From Iphione sp. A-MEVVRFRX5 (lineage: Eukaryota): 64,000 nt of DNA. The stretch covers positions 46,438,001 through 46,502,000 of the forward strand of contig OZ320321.1 in the NCBI GenBank assembly GCA_976226885.1, read 5' to 3'. Under the pieces are notes generated by a model, which ran no database searches, was not told where the DNA came from, and saw nothing but the letters and a program-made list of their open reading frames with translations. Shown piece after piece: positions 24,321 through 34,085 of this stretch. The position numbers were made by a program, and so were the translations under genes. Numbering within the stretch: the first letter of the stretch is position 1; every line of letters starts with the position of its first letter.

Positions 24321-25897
24321 GGCAGGGGGCACCTCCGCTCCCGCTCTCAGCCCTCACCTCCTCCAATCACTCTACCTTTTTCTCATCCTCTACTTACAGA
24401 TGCCGCACCCACGAGCATGACGATATGACCACCATCCCTGTAGACCTCACGACCCCCAGCCAGACCAGCCAGCCCACCGCTGTGGCCCCATCCAGGAACA
24501 CCCACTACCAAATCAAGGGGGCAGCAATATACAACGGCCTTATCAGGCCAACTCCGAAAGTCTGGGCCATCACAGGCCCACCACATCTAAGGGCCTTCTC
24601 AGGCCTCATCCGAAAGTCTGGTCTATATAGACCATCCCAAACGGCCTTGTCAGGCCACTCGCTCAAACCAATAACCAAACACCCCCTATACAACCACCCA
24701 CCCCCTCCCCCCTCTCTCTCTCTCTTCTCTTTTCAGACCCTGCCAAAAGAACAACAGCGGAAAAAGGAGCAACAAGACCACCCCTGGCAGCACGACCACC
24801 CCCCCCGACGGCAGCACCAACAGCGTCCCCAGCAACTCAACCTGCAGAACCACCATGACCTCCATCAAAACACCACGAACAACACCCAACTGTGCCCCGG
24901 CTCACCACCACTACATACCACCAACTCGCCGCCAGCCTCCAAAACTTCCGGGCCTACTGAGCGCCCCGGACAGTTAAAAGTCTATTCAGACTACGCCTGT
25001 GAGCTTACCTCGTGCATAGGACGCGGGAGATTGTCAACAGCTGTGAGAAGCTAATGTCCACAACCACCCAAGGACCCCTCTGCCGTGATAGCCTCCTGCA
25101 GGTGTTCTGGCGAAACTTGGGGCATGACTCTTGTCATGCATGGTTAAATGACACGCACACAAGAGGCACGCAGCCTCTCCTTGCGTGGCGCGACTATGTC
25201 GCTGCACATCAGCCGACTCCAGCAACCCAAGACGACTCCCGCGCCCTGTCCTGCACTACGACGACTGAGTGACTCGCCAACTACACCAGGTACAGAAGAC
25301 CGAGCTAGTTCAAGGCCTGCCTCACCGGCGAAGGCCAGGGCACCCCCTTCGGGGGTCGTTGCCCAACCCCCCTGTCAAGTCAAGACAACCTCCAGAATGC
25401 AAAAATTTGTATGGATGGCGAATAATACGGGGTACGAAACAGCGACTATGCATCTGTATTTGACTTAGAGCCTCTGTCAGTCGCTCCGCACTCTGTTGTT
25501 ACTACGTTTATGAGGGTCTGGGCTGCATATTGCTGTTATATAATCATTTTGCGCTGTGTTGTGTCTTCCTTTAGGAGAAGGTGATGCTTCCTTTGTTCTC
25601 TCTAGTCTGGTTAACTGCTTATATTTACTATGTTAAATGCTCTAAAATGCAGCTAAATTTTGTATGAATACAGAATATGAGTCTCCGGATAACTAGTACA
25701 ATTCATATAGAAAAACAATCAGTTATTTTAAATCTTTATGGTTAATGCGACATTATGAATACTGGGGTTACGAAAGCCAGGGCTCCTCTGTAGATCATAA
25801 TTATCTAATTAGATAAAATAGTCGATAGAATTTTAGCTTTACAATTGAGTGACTATGGGAAAGTGAACACGTTCGTATGTGCATGGGTTGTGAAATT

Positions 25898-26217
25898 GGG
25901 AGTTAGCTCAGTGGTAGAGCACTGGTCCACTGACTGAGAGGTCGCAGGTTCAATCCCAGACCTGGGACTCTCGATCAAGACCAGACAGATTTACTGTAGC
26001 CCCAACCCAGAGTGGTCTACAACTCATAAAAAGGCCGTAGGTGTATAGGATTCTATCCCCTATGTTTAAAAAGACCCAGAAACCTATTCAGAATAAGAGT
26101 AGGGGGCAACCCCCCAGGTGTTCTAGTCTCTCAATTCTCAATAATAGATGGTAGTACGCTACCCCAGGAGGATATCGATATCCACTTCCTGGTAAAAGAT
26201 ACAATGAAATAAAAATG
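25898..26217 (+). mobile_element. tRNA-derived SINE, copy 1
   Basis: A-box TAGCTCAGTGG and B-box GGTTCAATCC, followed by a non-tRNA body (AAGACCC...AAGAGTAGGGG...CCCC, reminiscent of conserved metazoan SINE central domains) and an ACAATGAAAT tail. A second copy is present in the window. Confidence 0.85.
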
Positions 26218-26912
26218 ATTATGAAGAGAGTTGCCCGTGAAGTAAAGCAACATAGTTGCAGTGCATATAGTGTTCAAATTTCAGTTCATAGAGACTTGTT
26301 TTAGATTTTTCCCCTTAATATCATAAGGTTTCCTTCATTGTCATGATCAGCAGTTGAATTGCATGGTTATATAAGACTTCTTTAACTGATCCGCGACAGT
26401 TGGGTAGGTGGGTACGGTGCCAGCGTTTAATGGTGCAGGTCTTTGTGTGGCCATTCTCTTTTATTATGAATTTGTATCCTACTAACCACCAGAATAGACT
26501 AGACCTGTGTCATTATGGTCAAATGTTCGCCAAGAGCTATCCAATGTGTAATGCCATGGGACGCGTTGAATATGACTGAATTTAGAGAGAGGGAGAGAAA
26601 TGAAATTAGTGGAAGAAGTACTGAGAGGAACTAATGGTAGAATAACTTAAGACTTGGAAAACTAGAACAAACTGGGGCACAAACTCGACATGAGAAACAT
26701 AAACTGAACACACGGGGCTTGCTTACATGCCCCTTTTGGTTCGAATGTTCTAGACATCTATGTATTCTGGGGCGATTTGAGATGTCAACAACCGAAAGGA
26801 AATTTGATTAGTCGATCGTCAAATCTTGAATTCATAAGAATCAGTAAAGCGAAGCTTGAGCTCGGCGTCAATGACTTTCAAAGCTGCAAATAAAAATTAG
26901 ATAAACACTTAC

Positions 26913-27019
26913 ATACTGGAGAAGAGTATAACGAGGAGAAAAAGGCAAGCAGGTGCAGGGAGCAGGAAAGTACATTGAAGCCTGACGTTAGGAAGATAGC
27001 AAGTGCAAGAGTCCAACAT
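26913..27019 (-). other. candidate first coding exon (hydrophobic N-terminus)
   Basis: GCCGCCATG is followed by MLDSCTCYLPNVRLQCTFLLPAPACLFLLVILFSS and a GTAAGT donor. Caveat: the ATG context is also a YY1 motif (AACATGGCGGC on the plus strand). Confidence 0.3.
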
Positions 27020-28402
27020 GGCGGCCCTATGTTTACATCGGTAGGAAATATGAGAAGACATGACATTACAGCCAGTCTCTTTCCTTCTTTTGGTTGCTTC
27101 ATCCATTATTCTCCTCGTTTTAATTCAATTATTCTCCTTGCTATTAACTTATGCTCCCCTTTGGATCTAATTATTCTCGTCCTTAGTACCTAATTATCTC
27201 CTTCGGGCTATCTAATCATTCAACCTGCTATTCATTTGTTCTCTGCCTTCTTGATGAGTCATGTGATTTCACTCTTATTATGGCATCAGAAAATACGGTT
27301 TGACTAATAGATGACACTTGTTCTTCTAACAGATCCTATGACTTGCTACAAGGTCATGAAGGAGCGTGAAATGGAAACGTTTTACACACCATTTTCTTCA
27401 ATAAATAGCACACCATCGTGCTGCAGGTTTTCATCCATATTCAACGCGCCTCGTGCTCAAAGACGTTCATGTGGCAGCTGAACATTGTACTTATACCACC
27501 TTTATTTTCAAGGAACAAACTACCAAATCTGTTTAGATCTAGATGTAATACGCAGTGTACACTGTCATCCCCATTAATAAGACTCCAACAGCGGGATGCC
27601 TTGTCTTTTAGAGTAAAGTTGTCGGAATCAAATATACATTATTTATATATGACTAAATTATATGTAGATAACGTTGAAAACGGCTTTGTATATTGATTTT
27701 TTACTTGGACAAAATCAGAAAGAAACAATGCATTCCATTTAATAAGGAATGATTGTTTAATACTCTGACTGGGGAGAGAGGGAATCTTACGTTTTTTACG
27801 TTAAATACGTCATGAAAAAGTTCTGAAACGTCCCTAAAGCCTTATTCGTTGTTGGGCAACACTGTATAAAAACAGGAAAACCTAAATAAAATGTATCTTT
27901 TGCTGCAACTTTAGTACTGTGTTTACCTTACCCCTTCAAAATAGGCAAAGTTTTTCAATGCTGTGGCTTTATCTCTGGCTACACGGCCTACAATTTTGAC
28001 AGATATTTAAAGTCATTTCTTAGAGGTATTGGTAGATGATCAATCCAATACTCGTACGCCCAACAAGATGGTGATTCAAAGAGGTCTTCAGGACAAGTAA
28101 GACATAACAGAAGGAATGCAGGTGACGACCAATTCACAGGGGATACCAAACTAGGGGAGAGACTGACAATTCTGAGACCAAATCATTCATTTTTCTCTAT
28201 GTAGAATGTGTCTAATGAGATTAAACCGTGGGAGAGACCAAAATTGGCCAGTCCCAAGCTTGGTCGCCTACGTGACTCTCAACTGTATATCGGACATCCA
28301 TGGTAATGAGTCATGAAAGGATGTAGCTTGCTATGTGATAGATTATAAGGTGATGCAGCACAGGCTGTGTCAAGATGAGAATGTGGGGTGATAGATCATG
28401 AG

Positions 28403-28746
28403 TTTCATTTCATTTCATTTCATTGTATCTTTTACCAGGAATATATTCACCTATCATACGACAGGGATCTTCCATATCCTCCTGGGGTAGCATACTACCA
28501 TCTATTGTTGAGAGTTGAGAGACCAGAATATCCGGGGTTGTCCTCTACTCTTATTTCGAATAGGTTTCTGGGGTCTTTTTGTGCATAGGGGACAGAATCC
28601 TATACACCCACGGCCTTTTTACGAGTTGTGGACCACTCTGGGTTGGGGCTACAGTAAATCTGTCTGGTCGTGATCAGAAGTCCCAGTCCCGGGATTGAAC
28701 CTGTGACCTCTCAGTCAGTGGACCAGTGCTCTACCACTGAGCTGAG
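28403..28746 (-). mobile_element. tRNA-derived SINE, copy 2 (inverted relative to copy 1)
   Basis: The reverse complement aligns with 25904-26217 along its length and ends in a (TGAAA)n tail. Confidence 0.85.
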
Positions 28747-31700
28747 TTAATAAAGCACAACATATGTCACAATAAGTAAGATGATACATTTGAAGATGAT
28801 AAAGTACACTGTATGCATAGATAGGAGTGTGGTGTGATAGTTCACAGAGCATATAGCATGTTGTTGCGCTAAAATGAAAATGTAGGGTGATAGATCATAA
28901 GATCGACGTAGCATGTCAAGGTAGAGCTGCTGAGCAATAGATCATTTTCATGTGCACTGCTGCTGTTCTGGATTTTCCTCTGTCGGCACAAAGGTACTGA
29001 CCTGTCACCATAGATACGACGTGAAACACCCACTCAAGTCCATCCCTTTGTTTACAAGTTGTATATCTCCTTGGCAACTGGTGGTACTTAGCGCTCCAAT
29101 GGTGCCAGTCTGCCGAGGGATTGTCTGACACTCACAAAGAGAGGAGCATAAAGGCAACCCTTAAAAACCCTGGTCTTGGAAAGGAGAGGGTTAATACAGA
29201 CAGGCAGAGAGACAGACGAATAGATTTTAAAGACAGAGACAGACAGGTACAGCCAAAGAAAGGAGAGGAAAGATCATACGAGCAATCCTTATATCCCAGG
29301 CTTTGAAGCAATTTTTTAATTTCTCGGGCGAGACGGACAGATGGTTAGAGGGACAGAGAGACAGAGGGGAACAAGACAGAGACAGACATAGACAGAGAGG
29401 GCATGTTACAACATTGTTATTATTCTAAGTTACGGCTCTGCTCCATAGAGGGTTGGCTTTGTACTTTAAAAAATAAGACCTTTTGTAATAAACGTTGGTC
29501 GTCCAATTATGTTGTCAGTATATGATAGCACTGGTGCATCAAATAATATTTTATTAATGACTTTAATTACTGTTTTGTCATCATGATCATGATTCTTTTA
29601 CCACTAACCCGGTGCAGGTAGTATACAGGAAGACTTGCGACCTGTCTAAAGCTCTAATCACATCCGTCTGTTATCATATAAAAGCTCTTTGTGGGCGTGA
29701 ATATTGTAGAAATAAAATCAACGGATAATATACGTGGAGCGTATCATAACATTATGCCGTCACTAAGCCGTTCGGTACACTCTATCACATGCGGTTGTCA
29801 TACGTCGTGCATTACGCATTCAGTAGCGCATTAAAAAGGAGAGAGATACGACCCTGCTGGTGTACCATAGGTATGACAACCATCGTGACGTACTTGTAAT
29901 AGTATGCTATTGATAATGTAAGAATACCTAGATCTACAGAGTTATGTCGTTCCCCAGACTATGCGGTAATATGTGCTGCCTTTCTGGTGGCTTTTCCTTG
30001 TCAAGTAGAAAGAACATGTGCCACACAAAGACTCACAAATAGCTAATTGTGGAACTACTAAGTGCAGGGACCAGGGCGTATCAAGGGATAGCAGTCCCAC
30101 TAATACCAGGGTGGTAGTACAGCCAGGCTTTAACGTGGGCGTCAGCCTGTCGGTTAGATCTACCAACAGGTGTGCCCAACAGGATCTTAATCACATCGTG
30201 AATATCGATGCTCACTACTATAACCACAAACTATTCTCCGCCCTTTTTTCTCGTTCGGCACCATATTTAAGCAACACGACGACCACCACCCTTTAATCGA
30301 CAATTTCATATGATTTTGCCATTGCCTCGTGGTATACCTATATTCCATCGCAATGTGCCGCTGCACGGAGTAGCAGACTCCACCGCAGTAGTAGGCAGTG
30401 GTGAACAATGCCATTAAACATGGATGGACTCCATGGAAAGAAACACACGCTAGGTATTCTCTACCAAACGGCAAGAGAGACGCTTGCGCTACTGGCTTCG
30501 TTCGGAGGGACAGAGGCTGGGTGGACGGGTGGGTGTTGGGCAGACTGATATGCAAATTTCATGAGCGGTCGCCCGTCTACTCCGGCTAGTGGCATTGCTA
30601 GTGATGTGCGCTCGTTATTACCTGATGTCCTCCAAATGCGTTGCCTGTCAGCAAGTGTTGCCATAGTTACTGCCGAAAGCGCTGGTAGAGAGCTGTGTGG
30701 CATGGGTGGGGTCGGGTCGGGGATGGCCGAGTTCTATTGACCGCTACTGTACACTGCACATGCATGCGAGCGTACAATCGTACGCACGAGCGCATGCCTA
30801 AAGTCAACAACACGTTTTCGTTTTCGCGCGGTGAGGGGGCGGGGGTGGGTGGGTGGGGGAGTTCCATTGACTGGAGTGAAACCTAATTTGCAACGTGTTC
30901 GGTCAAGTTTAGCTTTCAGCATGACTAACGATCACCCGCCATCCAACCCAACGGGTGATGTCATTATGTCCACCTGTTTCCAGGCGGCTTTTGATAGCTC
31001 CGGACCAATATCGAGATAATAGATGTAGTGGTGGTGGTGGGGAGGGGGTATATCGGCATGTTGTGGTGGTGGGCGTTATCAATAGGTCGGGACTGGTAGA
31101 GAGCACTGTCCTCACAATGGGGGGGCTATGAATAAACGGGCACAAAAAAAAGTAAAACGGGAAAATCCGGGATGACGAAAAATATTAAAAATAGAGGAGG
31201 GCTCACCAGTAAGGTTAGGAGTACAACGACTGAGGTGACAGACAAAGGAGACAAGTTTACTATACTATGAAAAGGTAAATATTGCGAAGAATAAATGCAA
31301 ACGTTAGATTTCCTGCATGAGGAAGGGGGTTGAAAAGTGCGGGATACTACCGAGACAGACAGAAATACAATTATCTTCCTGAAGTGGCCTTTATTACAAG
31401 GCATTTGTTTTTCACAGGCATGTAAGTGTGTTTTTTTGGAACGTTTTCAAGGAACTATGCTTATAACAAAGGTTATCTCTATGTGCCCGTGCACGTGCTG
31501 TGTAGTGTGTTTTCATGAGCATGTTAGTGTGTCTTGGCAAAATGTTCATGTTTGATGTTTTTTGGCCAAATTTGCATCCGTTTTGGTTATTTTGGTGGAA
31601 TTTGCCTAAGTTTTACTGTTTTCTGCTGTTTTTTGGCTGTGAATACAAACCCACATTACTACCTTGGTCATTTTTACTTGCAAACCTTGTGTAAAGTTTC

Positions 31701-32179
31701 CACTGTGGTATGGCTAAAACATAGTACATGCCACACACGTACATGGAGATTGAGCCTCAGAGAGAAAAATTCATATACTATACTGTCCACTCCCACCCTA
31801 CGACCAGCCTACCTAGGATGACCATTTGCCCAAGGCAATCACTTTCAGGCAGAACCAACTGTTTTTCTGTACATTTCTAATGTGATACCTTCCGCCTAAG
31901 GAGACCAGTTGCCCAGGGAGACCATTCACCTATAGAGACCACTATTCTTAAGAACGAAAGTAACATATTCCACTGTCAGGGACGACTACCTACTGCTGGA
32001 TACATCTATTTTAAGAGAGAAAGTGGCATGTTTCACTCTGTTACTCATTGTGTAAGATGTCACCAGGGGTGTTAGTGAAAACCAGTCCTCTCTGATGGAG
32101 CGTTTGAAGATTTACTCATTGTGTAAGGGGTCACTAGAGGTGTTAGGGCAACCATTCCTCCCGAACAGAATATTTGAAA

Positions 32180-32420
32180 GGGAATTTCACTGTGGACTCA
32201 AACTGGTCAAATTCATCACTTTTTGACTTGAGTGGACTTCTACTTGTTAAATTCAGTACCTGTTGGACTTAAAGTCAACAAATTCAGCACCTTCTGGACC
32301 TTTGCTTGTCAAATTTAGCTTTTTGGGGGGCCTTAAACTCATCAGATTCAGCATGTTTTGAAATCTTACTCGTCAAATTCGGCACTTTAAGATGCTTACT
32401 CATTAAATTCAGCCCTTTTT
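32180..32420 (+). repeat. degenerate ~28-bp minisatellite
   Basis: Recurrent CTTACT(C/T)GTCAAATTCAGCAC-like units. Confidence 0.55.
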
Positions 32421-32929
32421 GTGCATGTATGAAGTTGGTAGAGAAAGAGGTAGAAAGGGAGAATATTTCAAGGCTTCACTCCCCTTTCAATGCCGGGGTG
32501 ACTTTTCATTTACCTAAGCAATTCTCTAAGGACCTCTGTAGAAAGAGAGGGAGAAAGGGGGAGGAGGTGCAAACTCTTCAATTGGCAGGTACCCCTTTGA
32601 TTTATAATGAACTTGCTAGAAGGGATTTATATTTAGTTTTGGAGTTAAATTTTAATGTATTTGTACCAGTTAATAGTGTTCAGATTCAGAAATTAAATAT
32701 ATTGGTTATATGAGTAGTTAAATAGAGAAAAATGATTGGCTGCAAGATAAAGTGTTTGGATTTGGGAAAACTCGGTTTTTGCGTTTGCGAATTTTTAATA
32801 TCCACTGTACTACATGTGTATTTACTCTACAAAACCCATACCCAGAAAACGGAGAACATAAATGTCCAAAATATTCCAACAAGGCAATAAATAGCCTAAA
32901 CATTTAGTCAAGAAAAACAGGGACTATCT

Positions 32930-33415
32930 CTACAAATCCAAAAAATACGAGATTCCTCACTGAAAACAAACTGGTCACAGTCTATGGAAGGCAAAAAAAA
33001 GTTGAAAAACAGTCTGACAAGGGCAAGACTCCCAAATATAAAATAGGAGAAACCTCGCACCAAAGAAAAGAAAGTCCAAACAAAAACAAGCAAGACGTCC
33101 AGATGGAGATACTGCCCCCTGCTCAAGAAGACTGACCAAATCAGAAGCACCAGCACAGGATGAATGTACAAAGCCCAGATAACGTAACATGCAATAGATC
33201 AGACCTAGTATACTTCATCCGATGTAAGCAATGTAACCTGTAATACATAGGACAAACAAAAAACGAACATAAAGAAAGTTTTAAAGTACATTTCTACAAT
33301 ATAAAAAAAGACCCTGGTAAAACTGAAGTATCAAACCACTTTTTAAACACAAAGGGACACAATGGTCTAAGAGATGTAGAAAGTACAATTATTGACTTTA
33401 TACATAGTCACCAAC
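32930..33415 (+). pseudogene. Penelope-like retroelement C-terminal fragment with GIY-YIG endonuclease
   Basis: Across stops and frameshifts it reads LKNSLTRARLP...RYCPLL...VTCNRSDLVYFIRCKQCNL*YIGQTK...F..H..NI...VSNHF...GHNGLRD...IIDFI. This is the typical PLE CCHH linker plus GIY-YIG arrangement. Confidence 0.85.
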
Positions 33416-33679
33416 TAAGGGATAAATTGAAATACCTCGGACTTACCCATAGAATTCCATTGGATTCACAGATTGGGAAGCATGTGTCCTTTCGGCTTGA
33501 ATACCATATATTACGAAAGAAGTACTTGGATGTGAATTCCTCTGTAGCCTCATCAAAAGTTGGTTTTCCTCAACACAAAGATAACTTCACAACTTTTTTT
33601 TCGGTACGTACACATGAACTTATAAAGTGCCTGCTGAAATGGATTTCAAGACCAGGATAATCCTCTGTGACTTTTGGCT

Positions 33680-34085
33680 TATAAGATAAGATAATAATTT
33701 ATTTAATCCTAATAATTCGCCTCATGAAGACATTTTTCAAACCAGGATGTGTACACAATTATAGTTGACAGTTCTGAATATTTTCAGTTGAGTCTTGACT
33801 GGTATAGATTAATCTACAAACAAACATTCAATAATTGTCAGACAGATCGTGACAAAATAATCAGATGAATCGTGATAATATCCTGAACTGCTTAATTGAG
33901 TCCATTTCCCTGTACATAGGATCCAGATTGTTCCACAATTTAATTGCTAGGTAATGCACAGAATCTTTTACCAATTCAGTCCTTGGTTTCAGGATGCACA
34001 ATAAGTTGGCGTCATGTTGCCTGGGGTTTAGCTGTTGTTGTCTTGGCAGGAGATGTAGCAGGTTCATATTATGCACTATATTCAC
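33680..34085 (-). mobile_element. 5'-truncated CR1/L2-type LINE 3' fragment
   Basis: It reads ...LCILKPRTELVKDSVHYLAIKLWNNLDP...SIKQFR, the ORF2 C-terminal motif. The minus strand then gives AATAAA plus a (TCTTA)n-like tail. Confidence 0.75.

Larger units (their letters stand above)
15728..25816 (+). mobile_element. I/Nimb-group non-LTR retrotransposon with very long 5' and 3' non-coding extensions (boundaries approximate)
   Basis: ORF1 has three CCHC knuckles and ORF2 is APE-RT-RNase H-CCHC. Composition shifts abruptly to C-rich, CpG-rich sequence at a CAGT (15728), and this persists to ~25500. No TSD or tail was identified. Confidence 0.85.

Noticed and set aside
24533-24660. Hammerhead, HDV or enterobacterial REP reading of the GGCC hairpins (minus strand GGCCTGATAAGGCCGTT resembles REP)
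   Set aside because: CUGAnGA and GAAA are not in the right order on either strand, there is no HDV pseudoknot, and there is no bacterial context, so the similarity is likely coincidental.
25898-25970. tRNA gene
   Set aside because: The A and B boxes are present but the acceptor stem does not close, and the sequence continues into a SINE body shared with the second copy.
30187-31145. Cluster of short ORFs in a CpG-rich stretch with an octamer (ATGCAAAT) and an RFX-like motif
   Set aside because: No frame gives a recognisable protein, and the motifs alone are insufficient evidence.
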